This document shows, piece after piece, positions 40,561-50,538 of a stretch of 64,000 bases of DNA. A program made the translations under genes and the position numbers. Origin of the DNA: Candidatus Ozemobacteraceae bacterium (GTDB lineage: Bacteria > Muiribacteriota > Ozemobacteria > Ozemobacterales > Ozemobacteraceae); NCBI GenBank assembly GCA_965140445.1, contig OZ223236.1, positions 160,001-224,000 on the forward strand. Reading direction: 5' to 3'. Position 1 is the stretch's first letter; every line of letters starts with the position of its first letter. Under the pieces are notes generated by a model. It was given only the letters and a program-made list of their open reading frames with translations, had not been told where the DNA came from and searched no databases.

Positions 40561-41508
40561 GTGGAAAGTAACTCAAAAATTAAAATTTTTAATGGCGAAG
40601 GCAACACAGAACTTTTTCAGGAAGTCTGTAAATATCTATTTATACCAGAAGGAACTGTGCTGCATGCATCTTTCGCAGACGGAGAGCTCTATTGTCGAAT
40701 AGAAGAATCTGTTCGCGGCTGTGACACCTTTATAATTCAGCCAACCTGCCCCCCTGTTAATGAAAATCTAATGAAACTTCTTATCACCATGGATGCTCTA
40801 AGACGAGCTTCTGCAACAAGTGTAACAGCAGTTGTTCCGTATTTTGGGTATTCCAGACAGGAAAAGAAAAGTACAGGAAGAGAACCTGTTACTGCAAAAT
40901 TGGTTGCAAATTTAATTACAATTGCCGGAGCTGGAAGATTAATGACCGTTGACATGCATGACCCCGCATTGCAAGGGTTCTTTGATATACCAGTAGATCA
41001 CCTTTCAGCCGGAAGACTACTCTCAGAGCACTTTCTAAAAAGAGATCTCACCAATCACGTTGTTGTCTCTCCAGATACGGGCGGAGTTTTACGTGCAAGA
41101 ACCTTTGCTAATAAACTTAAGCTTCCTATGGCTATCATTGACAAAAGGCGACCTGAAGCCAATAAGGCAGTTGTAATGAACGTTATTGGTGAAGTAAAAG
41201 ATATGCATGCAATCATAATTGATGACATTATCGATACAGCCGGAACCCTTGTAAATGTTGCTGAAACACTCGTTGAAAATGGTGCAAAAAGCGTTAGAGC
41301 CTGCTGTACACATGCTCTTTTATCTCCACCTGCAGTTGATAGAATTCCCGGCTCACCAGTAGAAGAAATTATCTGCACCAACTCTGTTCCATTAACACAG
41401 GAAAAAATTGAAAAATGTAATTTAACCGTTTTATCACTTGCCCCTCTTGTCGGCGAGGCAATTAGAAGAATATTCGAACGCAGATCTGTTAGCGAACTTT
41501 TTCTATAA
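40561..41508 (+). CDS. prs: Ribose-phosphate pyrophosphokinase
   Basis: Motifs F.DGE, ESVRG, PYFGYSRQ, VVSPD.GG..RA and DDIIDTAGTL. Confidence 0.97.
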   Translation: MESNSKIKIFNGEGNTELFQEVCKYLFIPEGTVLHASFADGELYCRIEESVRGCDTFIIQPTCPPVNENLMKLLITMDALRRASATSVTAVVPYFGYSRQEKKSTGREPVTAKLVANLITIAGAGRLMTVDMHDPALQGFFDIPVDHLSAGRLLSEHFLKRDLTNHVVVSPDTGGVLRARTFANKLKLPMAIIDKRRPEANKAVVMNVIGEVKDMHAIIIDDIIDTAGTLVNVAETLVENGAKSVRACCTHALLSPPAVDRIPGSPVEEIICTNSVPLTQEKIEKCNLTVLSLAPLVGEAIRRIFERRSVSELFL

Positions 41509-41528
41509 GCATTTGGAAGGAAATCTGG

Positions 41529-44012
41529 ATGAAAAACCTTTTTAGAACAACCACAGTAATTTTTCTTGGAAGTATTATCTCTGTAGGCCTGGTTGGGTGT
41601 GGAGGCTCAAAAAAGAAAACTAACCCAGTTTCCACAAATATAGAAACTTCGGATCAGGATAAAGAAACCTTCACAAGCTGGAAAAGCAATTCAAAAATCA
41701 GAATTGCCATGGACAATCAGAATTACGATGAAGCTGAGAATTTGGCTTTAGAGCAATTAAGAGAAAACCCACGCGATGGAAGGGCTCATTTTTTTCTGGG
41801 CAAGGTATTTTTACTTAAAAATCTACCAGAAAAGGCTGAAAAAAGTCTCATGACTGCAGTAGAGCTTGAGCCACAGAACAGAAGCTTTCTTAGAAGCCTT
41901 TCTGATGCAAGAATAGCACTTGCAGACAGAGCACTTGCAAACGGACTTCCCGGCGAAGCTGTTAATCTTCTTAAAAAAGCCATGATCAAGAATTATAAAT
42001 CTCGACAGATCAATGAAAAGTTAGCCAGGTCTTACATACTAACTGCTGCAAATCTTGAGAGAGAAGGGAATAAGACAGAAGCTGAAAGTCTGTTGAACGA
42101 AGCAATTGGAATCTTGCCTGATCAGCCAGAGATACGCGCTAAGTATGCAGATCTTTTGATTGATTCTGGGCGACTCATGGAAGCAGAAAGACTACTGAAA
42201 AAGCTTGTCGAAACCAATCCAAGCTTTGAACCAGGAATGCTTTCGTATGCAAAGCTTTTATTGAGAATGGGAGAAATAAGTGCTTCAGAAAAAATGGTCA
42301 GTTCTGTTCTCGAACTGGCCCCCGGAAATCAGGAAGCGCTTAAATTAAGAAATCAACTGAACCAGAATATCCCAATTATTTCAACCCCTGAAGTAAATCT
42401 GGCCATGGATTCAGAATCTGTAAAAGAACAATTAAAAAGTCTTGAGCAGTCCGGAAACTATGATCAGCAAATGGCCCTGCTGAAAAAATTTGTTTCTCTG
42501 AATCCTGATCAGGCATGGGCAAAATTTGAGCTTAGTCAATTAACCCTTAAACAGGGAAACGTTGAAGGGGCAAAGTCTCTGGTTGATGAATTTCTAGCTC
42601 TTGAACCTAATTCTATTGACGGTTTAATGCTAAAAGCCAGAGTTCTTCATCAGAGTGGGGATTTAAATGAAGCCCTAAACATGCTTATGGAGCTTGAAAA
42701 CCTGCACGGGGATAAACTTGAAGTTCTTAATCAAATCGGGCAGGTCTATGCCAAGATGGGAAAATTTGATCAGGCTAAAAATGTTTGGCAAAAAATCCTG
42801 GATATTGATCCAAACCACTCTGAAACATTATTCAGTTTTGGCCAGCTTGAAATGGAACTTGGCCAACACAAAGTTGCTCAGAAATATTTTGAGCAAGCAA
42901 TTCACAAAGAACCTTTCAATCCCAAATTCAGATATTTTGCAGGTTCTAATTTAATGCAAAGTGGTTTGAAATCTGAAGCGTTGGCACTCTGGGAATCTGG
43001 GAAAATGTATCTGAACCCAGAAGATCCTTATGGCAAAAGAATCCTTCTCACACTTGGTGAAAAAAGCTCTGATGGGCTATCTTCTTCCCCTCCACCTCTT
43101 TCAGATATGAATGGAAGCATTCCTTCTGTTCAAGAAGAAGAATTACCACTTGTTCCAGCCTCAGTAATTGAAGAAGCCCCGACCAGCTCAGCCTATGACA
43201 ATGCCCTTCAATATGCTCGCGGAGGCTTCTTTAATGAAGCAATTCAAGGCTTTCATGAAGTCCTGAAATCTGATCCCAATAATTTTAATGCCATAATGAA
43301 TCTTGGAAAGGTGCTCACTGCAACTGGCAAGAATTCTGACGCATGCGCATATTACCTGAAAGCGATGAAAATTGATCCAACAAACATCCATGCTCAGCGT
43401 GCTCTGGCAAACAGCTACTCAGAACAGGGACTCCACAATTTTGCGGCTGAGATAACAGATCAGGTTCGCCGAACAGCTCCTAATCAGCTTCAAGGTTTTC
43501 CTCGCTATAGAGAAAACCATGGAATTCTTAGAAACAATCCAAGAGCGTTCCGTCCGCTTGCAAAATCTTTCATTGACGCAGGTTTGACTCAGGAAGCTCT
43601 CGCAGTTGTCCAAACAGGTCGAGCAGAACTTCCAGAAAGCTCAGAATTATTTCTTCTTGAAGGAGAAATTTTCAAAAGCTTGAATCAGTTCGAACAGTCG
43701 CTTGTTTCTTTCAAAAAAGCACAGGAAAAGGACCCTCAAAATCCTGAACCATTTGTAAAAATTGGTGATTTGTATAAAGTTGCTGGCCAGCCTTCGCAAG
43801 CGATTAAAGAATATCAGAAAGCATTAAAAGCCGGTTTTATTGACGCAGACACAATGTTCGAAATAGTTGACAGGTTCAACGAATTAGGTCGAGAAGCGGA
43901 TGCAAGAAGAGTTCTGGGCCGTTTAAAAGGCATGAATCTTAACCAAAATCAAATTGCAAAACTTGAGCAACATTTAGGCACCACAATTGAAATAGAAAGC
44001 GAGAATAACTAA
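41529..44012 (+). CDS. TPR-repeat lipoprotein
   Basis: Lipobox LVGC, many TPR units and a Pro/Ser linker. Confidence 0.85.
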   Translation: MKNLFRTTTVIFLGSIISVGLVGCGGSKKKTNPVSTNIETSDQDKETFTSWKSNSKIRIAMDNQNYDEAENLALEQLRENPRDGRAHFFLGKVFLLKNLPEKAEKSLMTAVELEPQNRSFLRSLSDARIALADRALANGLPGEAVNLLKKAMIKNYKSRQINEKLARSYILTAANLEREGNKTEAESLLNEAIGILPDQPEIRAKYADLLIDSGRLMEAERLLKKLVETNPSFEPGMLSYAKLLLRMGEISASEKMVSSVLELAPGNQEALKLRNQLNQNIPIISTPEVNLAMDSESVKEQLKSLEQSGNYDQQMALLKKFVSLNPDQAWAKFELSQLTLKQGNVEGAKSLVDEFLALEPNSIDGLMLKARVLHQSGDLNEALNMLMELENLHGDKLEVLNQIGQVYAKMGKFDQAKNVWQKILDIDPNHSETLFSFGQLEMELGQHKVAQKYFEQAIHKEPFNPKFRYFAGSNLMQSGLKSEALALWESGKMYLNPEDPYGKRILLTLGEKSSDGLSSSPPPLSDMNGSIPSVQEEELPLVPASVIEEAPTSSAYDNALQYARGGFFNEAIQGFHEVLKSDPNNFNAIMNLGKVLTATGKNSDACAYYLKAMKIDPTNIHAQRALANSYSEQGLHNFAAEITDQVRRTAPNQLQGFPRYRENHGILRNNPRAFRPLAKSFIDAGLTQEALAVVQTGRAELPESSELFLLEGEIFKSLNQFEQSLVSFKKAQEKDPQNPEPFVKIGDLYKVAGQPSQAIKEYQKALKAGFIDADTMFEIVDRFNELGREADARRVLGRLKGMNLNQNQIAKLEQHLGTTIEIESENN

Positions 44013-44013
44013 T

Positions 44014-44265
44014 ATGACTTTCAAAGACTCAACAATTGCCAGTATAGAAGAATCAATTAAGGAACTTACCATTGCCATTGAGCAAGTTGAAAATAGTCCG
44101 GTAAAGAAAGAACTGCTTTTAAAGCTTAAGAAGTTAAAAAAGGCTAAAGATGGTTTGAAGCCAAGTTCCAGAATTCATAGTCTGTATATTCTTACAATCC
44201 CGCTCACAATTATATTTCTATTTCTGGGCGTTTACTATTTTTCACAATCCAAAAACAGCAATTAG
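44014..44265 (+). CDS. Small coiled-coil protein with C-terminal TM helix
   Basis: Abuts the upstream gene; helical N-terminal part and a hydrophobic C-terminus. Confidence 0.65.
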   Translation: MTFKDSTIASIEESIKELTIAIEQVENSPVKKELLLKLKKLKKAKDGLKPSSRIHSLYILTIPLTIIFLFLGVYYFSQSKNSN

Positions 44266-44285
44266 TAGAAAAGAGCCCTCCAGCG

Positions 44286-45220
44286 ATGCGAACCTACATT
44301 TTCGGACCAGTTCCCTCAAGAAGACTCGGAAATTCATTAGGGGTTGATTTAACGCCCACAAAGACATGCTCATTTGACTGTCTCTATTGCCAACTTCCAG
44401 CAACCAGATATCACACTTGTCAAAAACAAAGCTTCTGTTCACCAAAAGATGTCATAAAAGAACTCTCAGAAGTAATAACCGAGATTGATAAACCAGATTG
44501 GATAACTATTTCCGGAACAGGTGAGCCAACTCTTCATTCTGAGCTTGGAGAAATCATATCTCAGATAAAAAAACTGAATGTCGCTCCGGTTTGCGTCATT
44601 ACAAATAGCTCCCTTTTTGCAGATCTGAAGTAAGAGCCAGCCTGGCAAAAGCTAATCATATTTTGCCAACTCTCACTACTGTCTTTCAGAGTACATTTGA
44701 AAAAATCCATCGTCCCGCCCAAAAAATTTCTCTCCGGAAAAATCTTGAAGGAATTGTCGAATTTCAAAAAAGTTTTACAGGTACTACCGAGTTTGAAATA
44801 TTTGTTTGTCCCGGCATAAACGATAGTGATAAAGAGATTGAAGGCTTAAGAAAATTTCTTCTTCCCATAAAAGGAAACGTTTCAATTTATCTCAATACTG
44901 CTGTTAGAGAGCCTTTAGATAAAAGAGTCTCCACTGCAGGAAAGAATCTATTGAATCTCTTCCGTGACAAGTTAAACCTGTCTTTTCCAATCACTACAGC
45001 TTTTGAGCATAGTTTTGTCCCACAAAAAACAACCAACTGGAATCGCGAGATTAATGAAAACGACGTCTTAAAATTGTTGCTCCGGCACCCATGCAGCGAA
45101 GAGCAACTCGTTCAGGTTCTAGGCACCAGCTTTGGCAAGGTTCAGGCTCTAATTGAGCAGTTGCGTGCAAATTCCAAAATAAAGAAAATCAATAATGGAG
45201 ACTGGATTTTAGCCGACTAA
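44286..45220 (+). pseudogene. Radical SAM protein (FGPVPSRRLG.SLG family), split by one frameshift (probably sequence error)
   Basis: CSFDCLYC cluster motif, SG.GEPTLH and ITNSSL. Adding one base near 44615-44625 restores ...EVRASLAKANHILPTL and gives 311 aa. Confidence 0.85.
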
Positions 45221-45242
45221 ATCGGCTGTTTTTCATTTTCTG

Positions 45243-46343
45243 CTACCAATCAGAGAGCTTTGGGCAAATTGCAATTTGCCAGATGTTTTCTTTTTTACTC
45301 AGAAGAACCTCGTCTTGCTTTTTGAAATAGCCATCTGCACTTATTGTGAGCTCTTTTCTTCCAGGATAAATCTTTCCAATTTTAACTTTTCCAGAAGATG
45401 ATTTGTAAGTTTTGCCATTTAAAGAAACTTGAAATTTCTTAATCTGCTTTCCGGTAAGGTTTGATTTAGCAGTAATGATAAGATTTCTATAATCAGGTTT
45501 AAGCCTTAAAAACACTCCTCCACTTTCATCGGCTCTACGCCTTAAAAATAAAGATTGATGATGTGGCGAATCAACGAAGAACTCTAAACCAGTATCGCCA
45601 GCATCAAGGCTTTTCTCAAATTTACCATCAGCATCAACATTCACTTGCTGATTGTTAATAAACAGCCTTGCTGATTTAATTGGCTTTTTGCTTAATGCAT
45701 CAAGAACCAGACCGCGAATAGTATTTCGATTGCTTCTTTCAGGCATTTTCAAATCTTTAACAGATAGGCCAAAAGCCGATTTCAATCTATTTAGAGTATT
45801 CTGTGAAACCTTGGCCGAAAGCACTTCTCTTTTGAATAATGAACTTTTAAAAAATCCTGAATAGTTTTCGTCAAATAGACAATCCGCACCCAGCACCTCT
45901 GTTATCTTTCCCCTGATCTTGCTCCCACCTTTTTTGAGGGAAGCCTGTTTAAAAAGGGCTTTCAGGGTTTGAAGCAGCTCAATCTGAGTCAAGCTTTTTC
46001 CTGGATAAAATCTGCCATCTGGGTATCCAGATAAAAGTGAGCGTTGGACTACCATGGCAATAGCTTCAAACTCAGCTTTTGACAAATCTATATAGCCCGG
46101 CATTTCTTGCGTTGAAACGCCATCTGCCGAGACAAACTCTGCATCTTTTTTCATTACTTCGGCCAAAAATTTTGCAAATTCAATTCTTGTAACATTTTTG
46201 TTCTGATCGAATCTAAATGCTGAAAGCGAAACCAAAAGAAAAATGGCTACACATATACCCAATGCAAGTCTGAAGCCTGAAAATTTCATTTTGAATTTGT
46301 TACAGAAATCTTTATTCAAAAGCACAGTTCTATTTTTTTCCAT
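45243..46343 (-). CDS. SLH-like protein with carboxypeptidase-regulatory/PEGA-like beta-sandwich domains
   Basis: SLH motif LLSGYPDGRFYP...LT..E; IRG.VLDA.SKKPI..A and L.ISADGY segments; hydrophobic N-terminus. Start uncertain. Confidence 0.7.
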   Translation of the reverse strand: MEKNRTVLLNKDFCNKFKMKFSGFRLALGICVAIFLLVSLSAFRFDQNKNVTRIEFAKFLAEVMKKDAEFVSADGVSTQEMPGYIDLSKAEFEAIAMVVQRSLLSGYPDGRFYPGKSLTQIELLQTLKALFKQASLKKGGSKIRGKITEVLGADCLFDENYSGFFKSSLFKREVLSAKVSQNTLNRLKSAFGLSVKDLKMPERSNRNTIRGLVLDALSKKPIKSARLFINNQQVNVDADGKFEKSLDAGDTGLEFFVDSPHHQSLFLRRRADESGGVFLRLKPDYRNLIITAKSNLTGKQIKKFQVSLNGKTYKSSSGKVKIGKIYPGRKELTISADGYFKKQDEVLLSKKENIWQIAICPKLSDW

Positions 46344-47019
46344 AACGATTCCTACCAACCATAGTCCATGTGCTTCCTGAAATTTGAATTTTCATTCCAG
46401 CTTTTTTAGCCAAAGCCTTTAAAGCCTCCTGTGCAGAAGACGCTTTAATTTCTAATGGAAATTTTTTGCGCGGCAATTTCTCCAGCTTTAGTTTAATTCC
46501 CGCATTGGCGGCTAACTCATTTAATAAATCCTCAGAAACTCCTTCATGCAAACGTAGATTTATGGACTCAAATTTTTTCTGATCTGGTTTGATAAGAGTA
46601 TTCTTTGAAACCCTATAGAATTTTTTTTCTTTCGTGTTTATTTTTCTAAGTCTTATTCTCAACTCATTTGAAAAAATTTCTATTAACGGCTCAACCAGAT
46701 CTTTCACAACTACTTTTAAGCAGTCTGATTCACCATCAGAATCCAAAAAGGCTATCTTAACATTTCCCCCAGATAAAGCAGCTGCATGGTTACCCATTGA
46801 AAATGTGTTTTTTGGAAATGAAAAAATCCAAAGACTTTCAACCTCATCAAAATAAAACCGGGGAAAAACGCTGGCTTTGTTGTTACGGATAAAAATTACC
46901 GAATCCGCTTGCTCCTCTTTAAGGACAATTGAGTTCTGATCTTTATTTGAAAAGGCAAATCCAACATTAAAAGATAAAATGATTGTTAGAAGAAAAAATA
47001 AAGCAACCAATCGCATCAT
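46330..47019 (-). CDS. Exported protein with AMIN-like and secretin N0/STN-like domains but no secretin barrel
   Basis: Signal peptide. C-terminal INLRL......LL..LA..AGI.L.....EAL..LA..AG resembles PilQ N0. RBS AGGAG precedes ATG 47019. Confidence 0.55.
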   Translation of the reverse strand: MMRLVALFFLLTIILSFNVGFAFSNKDQNSIVLKEEQADSVIFIRNNKASVFPRFYFDEVESLWIFSFPKNTFSMGNHAAALSGGNVKIAFLDSDGESDCLKVVVKDLVEPLIEIFSNELRIRLRKINTKEKKFYRVSKNTLIKPDQKKFESINLRLHEGVSEDLLNELAANAGIKLKLEKLPRKKFPLEIKASSAQEALKALAKKAGMKIQISGSTWTMVGRNRYGKK

Positions 47020-47020
47020 G

Positions 47021-47698
47021 CTAATTCGCTCTCCTAAAACCAAAAATTTGATTCAAAAAGCAATAAACATTCAGACGACTAATGTCTTCAAAGACGAGGT
47101 CTAGCTCTCTTGAATCAATGTGAAAATCAACTTTGCCTGCTAAACTTTTTATTCTGGATTTGATTTTCTCACCATTTATAGATTCTGAGCTACTAAATAA
47201 GTAATCCTCAATAAAAGCCAGCTGCCCTTTCTCTTTCAAAACCATCATTGTTGAGTTCCAGGCATCTACGCTAATCGGCTTTGCCGGGTAAAATTCGGCA
47301 GCTGGTCCTGCCTTTATAGCCTTCAGATTAATCAAATAATCGCAATATTGATAAACAGGGTGGTTTAAAGGAATATCCGAAAAAATTTGCAAATTTTCCG
47401 TTGCAGCATTTGTTACTTTTGAAAAAGTTAGCAATGAAACAATAGTTATAAGTAGCGAAAGAAAAAATCCCATAGCTGCAGCCTTACCGATTCTACCAAG
47501 GGATTTAGTAAGCTTTAAGATTTTATAAAATGCGGTTTCAAACATCGAAGCAAGTTTATTGAGAGAACTTTCACGTTTTAATCTAGTTCGTACAAACTCC
47601 AGCTGATTTCCACATTTTCCGCAAAATTTTGCATTAAGAGAAACTTTTGCAAGGCAAAACTGGCATGACCTGTCGATATTTCTCTTTCTTTTATTCAT
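47021..47698 (-). CDS. Zinc-ribbon, TM and SLH-like protein
   Basis: CQFC...FCGKCG, one TM segment, then FSDIP.NHP.Y.....L....AI......FYP.KPIS. Confidence 0.7.
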   Translation of the reverse strand: MNKRKRNIDRSCQFCLAKVSLNAKFCGKCGNQLEFVRTRLKRESSLNKLASMFETAFYKILKLTKSLGRIGKAAAMGFFLSLLITIVSLLTFSKVTNAATENLQIFSDIPLNHPVYQYCDYLINLKAIKAGPAAEFYPAKPISVDAWNSTMMVLKEKGQLAFIEDYLFSSSESINGEKIKSRIKSLAGKVDFHIDSRELDLVFEDISRLNVYCFLNQIFGFRRAN

Positions 47699-47788
47699 GC
47701 TGGATTTTGCCGTCCATTATTCTTTTTTTATAGTATCGGCAATCCAACAAGGAAACCTGAATATTGAGCAGATAGTGTGCATAGCAAT

Positions 47789-47821
47789 AAAAAAAGCGAG
47801 TATAAAATTATACTCGCTTTT
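47789..47821 (-). terminator. Terminator after the HD-GYP gene
   Basis: AAAAGCGAGTATAA / TTATACTCGCTTTT stem with U-tract on the minus strand. Confidence 0.8.
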
Positions 47822-47833
47822 AAAATTCAAATT

Positions 47834-49636
47834 TTAGGATTTTTCATCATCCTCATCATCTGCACCCACTGGTGGATAAGGTTGAGACGAAGGTTCTGGA
47901 ACCTTCTCGCCTTCATGAGCCATTACCGGCGGATAAGGCTGGCTTTCCAGCGTTTTTTCTTTTGCATCGGTCTTTGGCATTTCGTGCGCAGCCATTGGTG
48001 GGTATGGTTGCCCTTCAAGCTTATCAGCGTGGACTCCTTCCATTGGCTCTTTTTCAGACATTTCATCTTCTTTTAAAATCATGTCATCAGAATCTTCAAC
48101 TTTTTCGAAATACTTAAACAGTTTTCTTTCAAAAGCTTTTAGAAAGGCTTCGACACAAATCGGATCAAACTGTTTACCAGAAAACTTTTGAAGCTCTCCC
48201 ACAGCTGTCTTAACAGTAAGCCCCTTCCTGTATGGTCGGTTAGTTGTCATCGCATCAAATGCGTCAGCTACACAAATAATACGACCAGCAAGAGGAATAA
48301 CCTCTCCCTCAAGATGGTCTGGATAACCTCTTCCATCGTAATACTCGTGATGGTGTAAAACACCTGGGATTTTATCCGCAAGGAAATCTACCGGACGCAA
48401 AATTTTTGCTCCAATAGCTGGATGCTTTTTAATAATAGCGTATTCTTCGTCAGTCAAACGGCCAGGTTTTCGGATAATACTATCCTTAATACCAATCTTT
48501 CCAACATCATGTAGAAGTCCAGCATAACGAACATCTTCAACTTCTTTGGCAGACATGGCAAGTTCTTCCGCAATCGCCACAGAATATTGAGTAACACGTC
48601 TGGAATGTCCTTGAGTATAAGGATCCTTGGCATCAATTGCCGTTGCCAGAACTTCAATTGTTGAAAGATAAACTTTCTGAATATTTTCATATAATCGGGC
48701 GTTTTCAATAGCTGAAACAGCCTGATTTGCAACGTTCTCCAGCATTTCCAGGTCATGGTCATTAAACGGAATATCGCCTTTTCGGTTCAAGACCTGTAAA
48801 ACTCCAACGACCTTATCTTTCAGTTTCATGGGAACACAAATCATTGAACGAGTTACAAAACCCGATTTTTTATCTGCACCCTTGAAGAATCTTGGATCTT
48901 TTTCGGTGTCAGGAACGATTACCGGCTTGTTATTTTGAGCACACCAGCCAGCTAATCCTGTACCTAGTGGTAATCTAATTTCCTGAAGTTTGGCCCCAAC
49001 ATTTGGATCACCCTGAACAATATGGAAATAAAGCTCATGAGTTTGCTCATCAACCAGATAAACAGTTGATGTTTCACATCTCATAACCTCAGTCGCCTTG
49101 CTCATAATTTTGGTAAGTAGTTCTTTTAAATCAAGGGTCGAACTAACAACTCGTCCAACATCAAGCAGGGCCGCCATTTCTTCCATTTGTAATTTAACCA
49201 GATCAACTTCAAGAAATGTGCTGATCGAATTGGTTGCAAGATTGCAAAATTCAACCATTACAGGATCTTTGCTTTCTGGAAGCACGAGCAAACCAAAAGG
49301 ATTGGCTTCATCGCCTAGTGGAATCAAAAGGTGGCTTTCACCTTCTGCATCAGTTTTAACTGTTTTTGAAATTTTTCTTTTTTCCAGTTTTGACGCGGTG
49401 AAATCTTCGCCGTAGAAGTTAAGAACAACTTCAGAGAAGCCGGCATTATAACGAATTCTTGATGACTGAGCTGAAACGTCATAAAAAATAACGCCAAAGC
49501 CTTGTTTACTGAAAAGCTTCTTAAATGTTTCACCAAGTACATTTAAGATATGGTCAGTATCCTTTCCTGAGGAAAGAATCTGCTTTTGTGCTTCATATAG
49601 AAGCTGCTGAGAATTTATTCCCTGCTGATCAGCCAA
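47834..49636 (-). CDS. GAF and HD-GYP cyclic-dinucleotide phosphodiesterase
   Basis: Motifs YT.GHS.RV, LLHDVGKIG, HHE..DGRGYP, VADAFDAMT..RPY and QFDP. TTG start after AGGAG. Confidence 0.92.
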   Translation of the reverse strand: MADQQGINSQQLLYEAQKQILSSGKDTDHILNVLGETFKKLFSKQGFGVIFYDVSAQSSRIRYNAGFSEVVLNFYGEDFTASKLEKRKISKTVKTDAEGESHLLIPLGDEANPFGLLVLPESKDPVMVEFCNLATNSISTFLEVDLVKLQMEEMAALLDVGRVVSSTLDLKELLTKIMSKATEVMRCETSTVYLVDEQTHELYFHIVQGDPNVGAKLQEIRLPLGTGLAGWCAQNNKPVIVPDTEKDPRFFKGADKKSGFVTRSMICVPMKLKDKVVGVLQVLNRKGDIPFNDHDLEMLENVANQAVSAIENARLYENIQKVYLSTIEVLATAIDAKDPYTQGHSRRVTQYSVAIAEELAMSAKEVEDVRYAGLLHDVGKIGIKDSIIRKPGRLTDEEYAIIKKHPAIGAKILRPVDFLADKIPGVLHHHEYYDGRGYPDHLEGEVIPLAGRIICVADAFDAMTTNRPYRKGLTVKTAVGELQKFSGKQFDPICVEAFLKAFERKLFKYFEKVEDSDDMILKEDEMSEKEPMEGVHADKLEGQPYPPMAAHEMPKTDAKEKTLESQPYPPVMAHEGEKVPEPSSQPYPPVGADDEDDEKS

Positions 49637-49683
49637 CTAGAAGTTCTCCTTAACTTTTTAACTCATTTAAGTGAAATAGAAAT

Positions 49684-50469
49684 TTAAGCTTCAAATCTAA
49701 CCTGTTTTACTTCTATGCCTCGTCCACTTTGATCAAGTTCGAGAATTGTTGTATCACAAACAATCGGGGAAGAGTCGGGCAAAGGAGTAACCGGTATTCT
49801 CTCTATCTTGCGTTTCCACCATATTTCGGGGGCAATTCCAGCAATTGAAGACTTTGAACTTATTTTCCCAGCATCTGCGAGAAATAAACTTCCAAAATTC
49901 AACTCAGGAAATGCTGAAATCTGGTTAACGCCTGTTCCAATCCAGTGAACCGGAAATCCAACATCCTTAAAATACCAGCAAATGGCCTTTTTGAAGTCGA
50001 GATCAAGTCCGGTGAGATTAACCAGAACCGGAAACTTTTCTTCATTTTTCTGAAAAATTGCTTCTAGTTCTTTTATTCCATTATTTAGAGGAAGCCTCCC
50101 TGTGCTTTGGGCAACAGAAGTCACTAATATCCTCCCGTTGAGGGAATCTATAGTCGCCAGATCGATTCCTGGAGAACCCTCTGGTAAGTTGACCGGCCGA
50201 ACAATAACACCGTTTTCGGCTGTCTCTAACTCCTGCCTTCCAGCATGTCTTAACAAGGCTTGCTCACCTGAAAAAACCAATTCTATTCCACTGTCAAAGA
50301 GCTTTTCAACCTGCTCTCTCAGCCTTGCAGCTGACAAAAAAAGGCCACTAGCATTACAAACTATTAAGCCTTTTTCTGCGATTGCACCTTTAGCTTTATC
50401 AACAAGCAATTTCAACTGATTAGCTGAAATTTCGTGCTGAATAGTTCCTAAAATTACAATCGAAAACAT
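49684..50469 (-). CDS. YmdB-like metallophosphoesterase fold with degenerate active site
   Basis: VRPVNLPEGSPG, F....I.....G and DAG.......IAG segments align with YmdB, but the metal ligands are replaced. Start ATG 50469. Confidence 0.7.
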   Translation of the reverse strand: MFSIVILGTIQHEISANQLKLLVDKAKGAIAEKGLIVCNASGLFLSAARLREQVEKLFDSGIELVFSGEQALLRHAGRQELETAENGVIVRPVNLPEGSPGIDLATIDSLNGRILVTSVAQSTGRLPLNNGIKELEAIFQKNEEKFPVLVNLTGLDLDFKKAICWYFKDVGFPVHWIGTGVNQISAFPELNFGSLFLADAGKISSKSSIAGIAPEIWWKRKIERIPVTPLPDSSPIVCDTTILELDQSGRGIEVKQVRFEA

Positions 50470-50538
50470 AGGTCGAATAATTGTATCATATACGGCTTTC
50501 AACCACAACAAAAACGACTATTGAAATGCCAGACATTG

